The notes beneath the pieces were generated by a model. It saw only the letters and a program-made list of their open reading frames with translations, had not been told where the DNA came from and did not search any database. From an uncultured Coriobacteriaceae bacterium (GTDB lineage: Bacteria; Actinomycetota; Coriobacteriia; Coriobacteriales; Atopobiaceae), in assembly GCA_902780305.1 (NCBI GenBank), contig CACZFB010000038.1:213-64212 (forward strand): a DNA stretch of 64,000 bases, written 5' to 3'. The stretch's first letter is position 1, and every line of letters starts with the position of its first letter. A program made the translations under genes and the position numbers. Shown here one piece after another: positions 26,999-35,204 of the stretch.

Positions 26999-27569
26999 GC
27001 GCCTTGCCGCGGCGTCTTGCGACGACGACAACCACGACCACACAAGCGCCGGTGGCAAGGGCCACGGGGACCGCGTGGATGGGAAACGACGTTCCCTGCG
27101 GCCGTATGCTGGAGGCGTCCACCGCTATGCGGTACTCGATCTCGTGGGGCTGGCTCATGGCGGTGGTGTCTGCAATCACCGCGAAGGGCTGGTCGAGCGC
27201 GAGCACGGGAATCACGAAGGTGGAGTTGCCCTCGGTGTTCGTGGGGAGGTAGCGCGTTCCCGCGACCTCCATGTAGTCGTAGTGGGGACTCGACCACACG
27301 AGCGTGAGGGCGAGTCGTGATCCTTTGACCTCGAGCACGGTGGGAGATGCTACGCTCGCGCGGCCACTGCCGCCCTCCAGGGTCACGTCCGCAAGGTATG
27401 AGCCATCGGCCAGATTGGACAAGATGCCCTGCGCAAAGGGATCCGATGCCGTCTGGCTGGCATGCGCAACCGATGCGAAGCCCGCAAGCAACACGCAGAG
27501 CGTGAGGACAACGAGCCATGGGACGCGTACGGCTCGGGAAAGTTGATGCCGACCGCTGGCTTCTCTCAT
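26973..27569 (-). CDS. Secreted, C-terminally membrane-anchored protein; paralogue of the 10318-10872 lipoprotein domain
   Basis: Trimmed to ATG 27567-27569 behind GGAGGTG. Signal peptide ..VLLAGFASVAHA, domain ADGSYLADVTLEGG..LEVKGSRLALTLVW.., C-terminal TM VVVVVVVARRRGK. Confidence 0.65.
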   Translation of the reverse strand: MREASGRHQLSRAVRVPWLVVLTLCVLLAGFASVAHASQTASDPFAQGILSNLADGSYLADVTLEGGSGRASVASPTVLEVKGSRLALTLVWSSPHYDYMEVAGTRYLPTNTEGNSTFVIPVLALDQPFAVIADTTAMSQPHEIEYRIAVDASSIRPQGTSFPIHAVPVALATGACVVVVVVVARRRGKAPIPLRSDA

Positions 27570-27922
27570 ATGCCCACCTCCGACGTTTTGAGCGTGACGG
27601 GAATCCCGCACACAAGCCGAACGACTTGGCTAGCGTCGTTGGCGAGCAGGGCGCACGTACGACCCACGCGCTCGCGCCATGCGCGCTGCTCGCGGTCCAT
27701 GGGCACGACCCCCATGCCCACCTCGCAGCACACGACCACTTCCTTGGCGCGCAGGCGGGCCAGGTCTTGGCTGGAGAGTGGGCCGTCGCGCAGGATCTCC
27801 TCCAGGCCGAGCAGCACGGGAGCGGGCGAATCCACCGTTTGGCTTATCCGATCGTCGTCGTATCCCAGCGAGCGTACGTATGTGCGCTTGCCCGAGGCAA
27901 TGCCACCGATTACCAACAGCAT
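27566..27922 (-). CDS. Truncated CobU-like P-loop protein (118 aa) lacking the central guanylyl-histidine region
   Basis: P-loop VIGGIASGKRT, and a C-terminus VVCCEVGMGVVPMDREQRAWRERVGR..VVRLVCGIPVTLK that matches the CobU C-terminus. Confidence 0.7.
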   Translation of the reverse strand: MLLVIGGIASGKRTYVRSLGYDDDRISQTVDSPAPVLLGLEEILRDGPLSSQDLARLRAKEVVVCCEVGMGVVPMDREQRAWRERVGRTCALLANDASQVVRLVCGIPVTLKTSEVGI

Positions 27923-27925
27923 GGG

Positions 27926-28687
27926 CTACACCAGCCTTCCGACTACCACGACGCATGCGAGCATGGCGAGCTCGCACAGCTGCAGGAGGTACCCAGCCAG
28001 GTCGCCGCTCATGCCGCCGTACTGGCTCTTGGCAAGACGGTGCACGTAGGCGAGGATTGCCGCGGAAACCGCAAGCGCGCAGAGCGCGACGATGGGCTGC
28101 AGCGCCACCATGCACGCGCAGGCGATCGCGAGCTCCACCACAAGCAGGATGCGCACCATTCGCATGCTTGCTGCCTTCCGTACCGACGCGTACATGCCCT
28201 CCTTGCGCGCTGCGCTCAGGGTGACCACCGCCAGCCCGCTCAAACAGCGGCTCGTTACGGGAATGCACGCGACGAAGGGCGCAAGGCTCGGTTCGAGCTC
28301 GCTTGCCAGGCCGACTGAGGCGAGCAGGTAGCAGCATACCCCGATGACCGCAAAGGCGCCCACATGCGGGTCCTTGAGGATTTGCTGCCTACGCTCGGGC
28401 TCCGCGTGACTGGACTGGGCATCCGTCACGTCGGCCAGCCCATCCAGGTGGATGCCCCCCGATACCACTATGGGGATGAGGGCGAGGCCGGTTGCCCGAG
28501 CAAGCGTGCCAAAGCGCAAGGCGTCGCAGGTGGCGAACCAGAGCAGCGCGCACGCTCCGATGACCAGGCCCACCAGGGGAAACGCCGCCATCATGTAGCG
28601 CATGTCCCGCTCGTCCCAGCGTACATGCGGCATGGGGATGGCACTATAGCACGAGAAGGCAGCGACTATGGAGCGAAGGACGCTCAT
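27926..28687 (-). CDS. cobS: Adenosylcobinamide-GDP ribazoletransferase (cobalamin synthase)
   Basis: Trimmed to ATG 28685-28687 (MSVLRSIVAAFSCYSAIPMP..). Motif IHLDGLADVTDA. Confidence 0.9.
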   Translation of the reverse strand: MSVLRSIVAAFSCYSAIPMPHVRWDERDMRYMMAAFPLVGLVIGACALLWFATCDALRFGTLARATGLALIPIVVSGGIHLDGLADVTDAQSSHAEPERRQQILKDPHVGAFAVIGVCCYLLASVGLASELEPSLAPFVACIPVTSRCLSGLAVVTLSAARKEGMYASVRKAASMRMVRILLVVELAIACACMVALQPIVALCALAVSAAILAYVHRLAKSQYGGMSGDLAGYLLQLCELAMLACVVVVGRLV

Positions 28688-29217
28688 GGGAGGACCCCCT
28701 TGAGCACGCAGGGCACGCCGCATGTGACCTCCACGACCACCTTGGCGCGAGCGGCCATGCGACAGGCCAACGTGCCGCAGGTGGTGAGCCATGCCAGCGT
28801 CTGATCGCTGGCGTCGATGCCGTCGCTGCCGGCCTGGTCGTATACCACTACCACGTGCCGGTGACCACCACACAGCTGCAGAAGCTCTGTGTCCAGCCGA
28901 TGCGTCACGCGCGTTGGGTCCTCCATGTTGCCGTGGACGTTAAAGAGGGCGTTTGCCACGAGGTTGCCCAAATCGTCCAACAGCACCACGTCGTCGTTCG
29001 TGCTGTCCAGAAGCTGGGGCGCGATGCCACCAAGGCACTCGTAGGTCGTGAAGCTTTTGCCGGCGCGGTGCCTGCGGTGGCGCTCGATGCGGGCTTGCGC
29101 CTGGGCACTGGGGGCCATGGTTGCGACGTAGGTGCGCTGGGGCCCCAACGAGCATGCCAAGTCCTCGGCAAAGGCGGACTTGCCGCTGTTGGAGCCTCCA
29201 GTTACCAGCGCTATCAT
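28684..29217 (-). CDS. cobU: Bifunctional adenosylcobinamide kinase / adenosylcobinamide-phosphate guanylyltransferase
   Basis: Trimmed to ATG 29215-29217 (MIALVTGGSNSGKSAFAE..RIERHRRHR..). 177 aa. Confidence 0.9.
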   Translation of the reverse strand: MIALVTGGSNSGKSAFAEDLACSLGPQRTYVATMAPSAQAQARIERHRRHRAGKSFTTYECLGGIAPQLLDSTNDDVVLLDDLGNLVANALFNVHGNMEDPTRVTHRLDTELLQLCGGHRHVVVVYDQAGSDGIDASDQTLAWLTTCGTLACRMAARAKVVVEVTCGVPCVLKGVLP

Positions 29218-29522
29218 GCCGGTGCCTTCGGCTCGCGGGACACGGGCTTGGCGAGCTCGGCAAGTCGGGGGAACTGCTCGCGCACCACACGCACCCCGTC
29301 GGCGCCGTCGTGCAGGCGCGTGCAGGTGGAGCAGTCCTTGATGCCGGCGTCCGTGTACAAGAAGGTGCCACCGCAGTCCGGACCCAACGCATAGAGCGGA
29401 CAATAGCAGAACAGGCAGTTGAACCTGCGCTCATCCACGCCCGCATGGCAGGGGAAGTGGGGACAGCTCACGTTGCGAAAGAAGGATGCGCCGTCGTGCG
29501 GCACCGTCTCGTGGCTTGCCAT
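29214..29522 (-). CDS. Cysteine-rich small domain (zf-like, PF04071-type) metal-binding protein
   Basis: CPHFPCH..FNCLFCYCPLY..DCGG..IKDCSTCTRLH. ATGA overlap with cobU. Confidence 0.75.
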   Translation of the reverse strand: MASHETVPHDGASFFRNVSCPHFPCHAGVDERRFNCLFCYCPLYALGPDCGGTFLYTDAGIKDCSTCTRLHDGADGVRVVREQFPRLAELAKPVSREPKAPA

Positions 29523-29590
29523 GTCACCTCACCTCATCCCAGCGGTCTTCTCGGCTTGGCCGTCCAGGCCCTCACCCAGCTAGTGTAACC

Positions 29591-30745
29591 CTACGAGCGC
29601 TTGCGACCAAAGAGGAAGAGGCACAGCACCGCGATCCCGGCCATCAAAATGGCGTAGGGAACGAACGGCGCAGCGGCAGCGTCTCCCACCACGTTGTTCA
29701 CGAAGGCGAGTATGTAGGGCGAGAAGAACTGTGCCAAGAAGCCGCTGGATATGCACAGCGACGTGCTTATCATCACCGCGTTTGCGGGCGCGACCTCGTT
29801 TACGTGGTTCATGATGTACGAGATATACAGCGGAAACGCAAAGCCGCACATAACGGCTGCCGCAAACATAACGGGCAGTGAGGTTGCGATTCCGCCCAAA
29901 AGGCACCCAAGCGCGAGCAGACCGGAGCCAAGGGCAGGGGTCTTTCCGCGTAAGAGGCCAAAGACCTTGCCAAACACCAGGCCGCTCAGCAGGCCGCAGA
30001 TGGCGAGCACCGAGATTACCAGGCTGGATTGTGCGGCGGTGCCAAACCCACCCTCGGTAGCGATGGAGGGGATGCGCACGTTGCACATGATGAGCACGGG
30101 GATGGGCACCGACAGGGAGGAGGTCGACGGCGCGTTGGCGGCCTGCGCCGCGGGCTTGTCGGCTGGCACTCCCGCCACAAAGAGCACCAGCAACACAAAG
30201 ATGATGGCGTAGACCGCAAATGGCCACTGCCAGCCAAGTGCGAGCAGCACACCGGCGAGTGCCGTCGTGGCCACCTGCCCCAAGGTCTCCATGGAGGTGC
30301 GCACGCCCATGAGGGTCGCGCGCTCGTCTCCTTCGAAGAAGTCGCCGATCATGGAGACGGCTAGGCCGCACACGAGGCCAACGCCTCCGCCATACACCAG
30401 GCGCGACAGCCACATGATGCGAAACACGATGAGGTCGGGAAGCTGCAGAAAGCCCATGTTGCCCACGATCAGTGGGGTGATGCCCGCGCATCCGGCGGCC
30501 AGAAGGCCTAGGATCACGGTGCGCTTTTTGCCCAGGTAGCTTGCGATGAGGGGGCATAGCAGCACGAAGATGAGCCCGGTGATGGACTGCACCGTGGTGA
30601 GCGTCTCCACCTGAGTGGTGGTCTTCTCGGGAAATGTCGTCATGATGTCTGGCAACGCCGGATCTATTGCCATTTGCGTGCCCATGGTGATGGAGATGGA
30701 CAATAGACCAACCTTGAGCATAAGACCGCCGTCCGACTTGGTCAT
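29591..30745 (-). CDS. MFS transporter
   Basis: 384 aa with about 12 hydrophobic segments. TM2-3 loop ..ASYLGKKRTVILG. Confidence 0.7.
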   Translation of the reverse strand: MTKSDGGLMLKVGLLSISITMGTQMAIDPALPDIMTTFPEKTTTQVETLTTVQSITGLIFVLLCPLIASYLGKKRTVILGLLAAGCAGITPLIVGNMGFLQLPDLIVFRIMWLSRLVYGGGVGLVCGLAVSMIGDFFEGDERATLMGVRTSMETLGQVATTALAGVLLALGWQWPFAVYAIIFVLLVLFVAGVPADKPAAQAANAPSTSSLSVPIPVLIMCNVRIPSIATEGGFGTAAQSSLVISVLAICGLLSGLVFGKVFGLLRGKTPALGSGLLALGCLLGGIATSLPVMFAAAVMCGFAFPLYISYIMNHVNEVAPANAVMISTSLCISSGFLAQFFSPYILAFVNNVVGDAAAAPFVPYAILMAGIAVLCLFLFGRKRS

Positions 30746-30875
30746 GGCTCTCCCTTAGGTATGCAGAGAAAGGGGGTGTTCCCCGTGCTTCTAGTAAAAC
30801 AGTATATGCCACTTCGTACTCGGGGGACAGTTCCCCGGCACGGGGCGCCATACGAATGCGACTCGCCGGAGCCCA

Positions 30876-31000
30876 ATCCTTCTCAATCTGCTACCAACGT
30901 CGACGATTGGTAGCATTTTGAGAAGGATACGGGCAAAAGCGGGAACTATCCTTCTCAAAAAGCTCCCAACGTCCGCGCATGGTAGTAATTTGAGAAGGAT
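30876..31000. repeat. Two tandem 53-nt nested-hairpin units (ATCCTTCTCAA...TTGAGAAGGAT)
   Basis: Units at 30876-30928 and 30948-31000. The first also has an inner stem TGCTACCAA-CGTCGACG-ATTGGTAGCA. Confidence 0.8.
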
Positions 31001-31136
31001 AGGGTGCCGCCACGTCCCCTGACCATGCCGGCGGAATCGCTGGTTCTGGCTTTCCCTTGCAGCTTTTGGCATCTTGGGCATGTCGGGTCCGTGGTGCGCT
31101 ACAGTACCAGCGCAAACGCGATTACGATGGGGTGCT

Positions 31137-32432
31137 ATGGATAAGAGATTGGCAAGGTTCGAGTCGCTGGGTCTTGGTGCTGCCACGCTTGCCGCCGTGG
31201 ACGAGATGGGCTACCAGACGCCCACGCCCGTTCAGGAGCAGGCGATACCGGCCATCTGCGACGGACGGGACGTGATGGCGGCGGCACAAACTGGAACGGG
31301 CAAGACGGCCGCGTTCCTGCTGCCCGTCCTCGACCGGCTGGGGCATGCTCGCAGGGGTACCGGCCCGCTCATGCTGGTGGTGACCCCTACGCGCGAGCTC
31401 GCGCAGCAGATTGCCGAGGTGGCGCGGGTGGTATGCGCGCATACTGGCCACAGGGCCACCACCGTGGTGGGAGGGCTCAGCTACGAGCCGCAAAAACAGG
31501 CGCTCAAACGTGGCTGCGACCTCTTGGTGGCAACGCCGGGCAGGCTCATCGACCTGCTCGAGCAGGGTGCCTGCTCGCTCGCGCACGTCGAGGTCCTGGT
31601 GCTCGACGAGGCCGACCGCATGCTGGACATGGGCTTTTTGCCCGACATGCGCAAGATCGTCCGACAAACGCCTGCGAAGCGACAGACGTTGCTGTTCTCG
31701 GCGACGCTTTCCGACGACGTGCTCAAGCACACGAGCTCTCTGGTGCGCGACCCGGCTCGCGTGGAGATCGCACCCAAGGGAACCGCGGCACAGACGGTTA
31801 CCCAGTACGTCTTGGGCGTCTCGGCCGAGGCGAAGAAGCGTACGTTGGTGGAAGTCCTGCGGCGAGAGGGAGCGAGCAGGGTCATCGTGTTCGTGCGCGG
31901 TAAGCACCGCGCCGACCACCTGTGCAGGATCCTGCGCAAGAAGGGCTTCTCGTGCGCGCCCATCCACGGGGACCGCAGCCAAAACCAGCGCATGCGCGCG
32001 CTGGACCAGTTTGGTCGCGGGGAGGTGGGCGTCCTCGTGGCCACCGACGTGCTGTCGCGCGGCATCGACATTCCCGAGGTCTCGTACGTGCTCAACCTGG
32101 ACGTACCGCACGACGCGGAGGACTACATCCATCGCATTGGCCGGACCGGACGTGCCGGTGAGTTGGGATGGGCGCTTACCGTGTGTGCGCCAGAGGAGTA
32201 CTGGGACCTGCGCGACATCGAGCGTCTTATGGGGCGCGTCATCGAGGCGTATCCGCGTGCCGAGGGCATGGACCTTGGGGAAGACCCGCTTGTGCTCGAT
32301 TCCGCACGCGACCCGCGCGAGAAGCTGCCCTCCAAGAAGGCGCGCAAGAAGGCTTCCTCGGGCCAGCGTGGTTCGCAGCCTCAGCGTCGCTCGCAGCCCC
32401 AGCGTGGTGCGAGAAGAAGGAGAAGGAGCTAG
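31137..32432 (+). CDS. DEAD-box ATP-dependent RNA helicase
   Basis: Trimmed to ATG 31137. Motifs AQTGTGKT, DEAD, SAT, HRIGRTGRAG; basic C-terminal tail. Confidence 0.9.
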   Translation: MDKRLARFESLGLGAATLAAVDEMGYQTPTPVQEQAIPAICDGRDVMAAAQTGTGKTAAFLLPVLDRLGHARRGTGPLMLVVTPTRELAQQIAEVARVVCAHTGHRATTVVGGLSYEPQKQALKRGCDLLVATPGRLIDLLEQGACSLAHVEVLVLDEADRMLDMGFLPDMRKIVRQTPAKRQTLLFSATLSDDVLKHTSSLVRDPARVEIAPKGTAAQTVTQYVLGVSAEAKKRTLVEVLRREGASRVIVFVRGKHRADHLCRILRKKGFSCAPIHGDRSQNQRMRALDQFGRGEVGVLVATDVLSRGIDIPEVSYVLNLDVPHDAEDYIHRIGRTGRAGELGWALTVCAPEEYWDLRDIERLMGRVIEAYPRAEGMDLGEDPLVLDSARDPREKLPSKKARKKASSGQRGSQPQRRSQPQRGARRRRRS

Positions 32433-32434
32433 TC

Positions 32435-33010
32435 ATGGGAATCGTTGAGCTGCTCCTCGTGTCGGTGGGGCTTGCCATGGACGCGTTTGCCGTCTCGGTA
32501 TGCAAGGGCTTGGGCATGCGGCGCTTTAACCCCACGGTGGCGCTGGTGCTTGCCTTCCTGTTTGGCTTGTTCCAGGGCGGCATGCCGGTAATCGGCTGGC
32601 TCTTGGGAAGTCAGCTCATGTGGCTCATCGAGCCCATTGACCATTGGATCGCCTTCGGCCTGCTGGCCTTTATTGGCGGCAAGATGATTGCCGATGCCAT
32701 AGGGGAGGGCGACGAGGACGCCGGCGTCACCGACCACGTTGCATGGGGTGAGTTCCTTATGCTTGCGGTGGCGACCTCCATCGACGCGCTCGCCGTGGGC
32801 ATCTCGCTGGCGGCACTCAACGTGAGCATCGTCCAGTCGGCCCTGGTCATCGGCGTGGTCACCTTCGTCATATCGCTGGCGGGCGTCGGTGTGGGCCACC
32901 TCTTTGGCTCCCGCTACGAGCGCCATGCGCAGATTGCGGGTGGCGTGGTTCTCATCCTTATTGGGCTCAAGGTCCTGCTCGAGCACCTGGGCCTTGCGTT
33001 TTGGGGGTAA
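32435..33010 (+). CDS. mntP: Manganese efflux pump MntP
   Basis: Trimmed to ATG 32435 (MGIVELLLVSVGLAMDAFAVSV..). Second half-repeat ..AVATSIDALAVGISL. Confidence 0.85.
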   Translation: MGIVELLLVSVGLAMDAFAVSVCKGLGMRRFNPTVALVLAFLFGLFQGGMPVIGWLLGSQLMWLIEPIDHWIAFGLLAFIGGKMIADAIGEGDEDAGVTDHVAWGEFLMLAVATSIDALAVGISLAALNVSIVQSALVIGVVTFVISLAGVGVGHLFGSRYERHAQIAGGVVLILIGLKVLLEHLGLAFWG

Positions 33011-33030
33011 TTGAGAAACGGGGGAGTCAG

Positions 33031-33109
33031 GCTGGGAATTGGGGGACACACCTTCGCAGCGTGCCCGTTGTGTCTACGGGCTCTGTAAGGTACGCCCCCA
33101 ATTCCCAGC
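33031..33109. terminator. 15-bp inverted repeat with a structured 49-nt loop between convergent genes
   Basis: GCTGGGAATTGGGGG (33031-33045) and CCCCCAATTCCCAGC (33095-33109). Confidence 0.6.
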
Positions 33110-33146
33110 TTCCTTTTGATGGGGTGCTGATTGTTGGCATCGATTG

Positions 33147-34913
33147 CTAGGCGTGCAGGTATGTGTGTACCTCGTCCATGATGGACTCGAAGGTTCGCTG
33201 CACCTCCGGTTGGGTGAACTCGATGTCCATCATTTGCCACAGGTAGCCCTGCTCCATGGCACGCGTACGCGCCGCTGCGGAATGCAGTCCAAAGCAGAGG
33301 GCGATGTGGGCCAGGTGGAAGTCTGCGGGAGTCTTGCGCTTGGAGTAATCCGCCAATTGGTGCGTGTGGAATGCCTCCAAGATCTCGGGGGAGAAGTCCG
33401 ACGCCAGAATCTCCTCCTTCGTGCGGCCATAGATGGTCTCCCAGCCACTCTCCACGATGGTCCTAAAGATGTCGAGCTGGTCGGCGTCGCGGATGAGCTG
33501 GCAGAAAGCGTACTCACGCTTGGTGAGGTCGTTGGGCAGGTGGAAGTCGCTGTGGTGTGCCACGGCCTTCTTCATTACCACGCGGTCCTCCTCGCTCACC
33601 TCGCTGAAGTTGGGAATGAGGTCCTCCACCATGTTGCGCTCAAACAGGAGGTTGGCGCCAATCTTGGCGTGGTTGAACTCGTCGGAGTCCTTAAACGTGT
33701 GCGTGACCACGATTTGACCGAAGCGTGCATAGTCGTGGAGCTCGCCAATGATCCATGCCAGGTCGGTGTCGTAGTCGTCGAACCCAAGACTCCGTGCGAT
33801 GTCGTTGCAGTTTTGCGCGACGAACCGCGTGTGGATGATCTTCGCCTGGCACATCTCGTTGGTCATGCCCTCGGTCTCGTCGTATATGCTGTAGAACTCG
33901 TTGCAGTTTTTCGCGATCGCCTTGCGATTGAAGATGGAGAGTCGGGACTTCTTATGGTTCGACTCGCTGTGCAGCATGCCGCTGGGCTCAAGCATGCCCA
34001 GGGCGACGAGATGCTCGCGAATCGTCTCCATGGTGGTTCTGCTCAGATAGCCCAGCTGGTTGCGCGTCTTCATGATGGCGCAGGAGGGCGAGCGGGAGAT
34101 GTGTTCCAGCGTGTCGGCCGCATCCTGCTCCGAGACGCTCTTTACGAACTCGTCGATGGGCAGGAAGCGCAGCACTGCCTCCTTGTTGTAGAGCGCCGCG
34201 ACCTCCTCGCAAAAGCCGCGCAACGTTATGGCGCGCTGCGAGACCGCATGATACTCCTCGCCGAAGGTCGGTCGACCAACGCGAATGACGGCGTCGATAA
34301 TGCCGGCCACATCCCCGGCATGCACGTGGTGCAGCGTCTCCAGTCCCATGTTGGGCAGCGTTACCTCGCGGCCGTCTCGCAACGCCTCGAATATGCCCAT
34401 GTTCCTGTTGCCCTGTGGGCCGACGATGGACGAGAATCCCGGTGCCACGATGTGGCCGGGGTGCACCACGGTGGCGGGGAACTGGTTCGTCTGCCATTGC
34501 TCCATAAGGTAGTCGGTTATCTGGAGCTTGTTCCTGCCGTACTCGTCGGTGGGAGTTCGACATTCGTCCTCGAATAGCGGTACGCTCGCAGCGTGCCCGT
34601 GGATCCAGATGCTGCCCACGCACACGTAGTGACGAACGGTGTCGCCGAGCGCCTCGACCATGGCCTGGGCCTGCTGCTTGGTAAAGCAGATGATGTCAAC
34701 CACGACGTCGCATCCCAGCTGAGCCACCTGCTGCGCGAAGTCCTCGTCGTCGCGGTCAAGGCGGACTTCCTGTACCTCGGCAAACTCGGGCGCGTCCCTA
34801 AAGTAGCCCTTGTTGCTGCGGCATATGGACACGACGTTGTGCCCCTCGTGTACCAGCATGGGAAGCAGGTAGTTGCCAATCTGGCCGTTTCCGCCAATAA
34901 CTGCGATCTTCAT
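33147..34913 (-). CDS. Fusion protein: N-terminal NAD(P)-binding SDR/epimerase-like domain + C-terminal HD-domain phosphohydrolase
   Basis: Trimmed to ATG 34911-34913 behind GGGAGAG. Motifs VIGGNGQIGNYL; HDYARF..HHSDF..IRDADQLD. Confidence 0.8.
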   Translation of the reverse strand: MKIAVIGGNGQIGNYLLPMLVHEGHNVVSICRSNKGYFRDAPEFAEVQEVRLDRDDEDFAQQVAQLGCDVVVDIICFTKQQAQAMVEALGDTVRHYVCVGSIWIHGHAASVPLFEDECRTPTDEYGRNKLQITDYLMEQWQTNQFPATVVHPGHIVAPGFSSIVGPQGNRNMGIFEALRDGREVTLPNMGLETLHHVHAGDVAGIIDAVIRVGRPTFGEEYHAVSQRAITLRGFCEEVAALYNKEAVLRFLPIDEFVKSVSEQDAADTLEHISRSPSCAIMKTRNQLGYLSRTTMETIREHLVALGMLEPSGMLHSESNHKKSRLSIFNRKAIAKNCNEFYSIYDETEGMTNEMCQAKIIHTRFVAQNCNDIARSLGFDDYDTDLAWIIGELHDYARFGQIVVTHTFKDSDEFNHAKIGANLLFERNMVEDLIPNFSEVSEEDRVVMKKAVAHHSDFHLPNDLTKREYAFCQLIRDADQLDIFRTIVESGWETIYGRTKEEILASDFSPEILEAFHTHQLADYSKRKTPADFHLAHIALCFGLHSAAARTRAMEQGYLWQMMDIEFTQPEVQRTFESIMDEVHTYLHA

Positions 34914-35047
34914 AGGCTCTCCCAATGGGTCGATTGCGTTTGTAATTAGAGCTTAGCAGAACGAGCACGCATTCTGCATAGTTGTTGCCTTCCTACGTTG
35001 GACGCACGAATGAAAAGACGAGGCAGCCCCGTCCGGCCCGCTCAAGT

Positions 35048-35130
35048 GGTACACAGGGGACTGTCCCCGGTATGCAGGGGACTGTCCCCCGCATACCATC
35101 GCCGGAAAAAAGGGGACAGTCCCCCGCGTA
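35048..35130. repeat. Three closely spaced GGGGAC(T/A)GTCCCC palindromes
   Basis: Copies at 35056-35068, 35077-35090 and 35112-35125. The middle one extends to a 14-bp stem (GGTATGCAGGGGAC/GTCCCCCGCATACC). Confidence 0.8.
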
Positions 35131-35180
35131 CCACCGCCGGGTCACTGCAGCCCGCGGAAAGACCGTAGCCCAAGCCGCCT

Positions 35181-35204
35181 ATCAATGGGGGTTGCCCCTT
35201 TGAT
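35181..35204. repeat. REP-like element, family A, single copy
   Basis: ATCAATGGGGGTTGCCCCTTTGAT. Confidence 0.85.
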
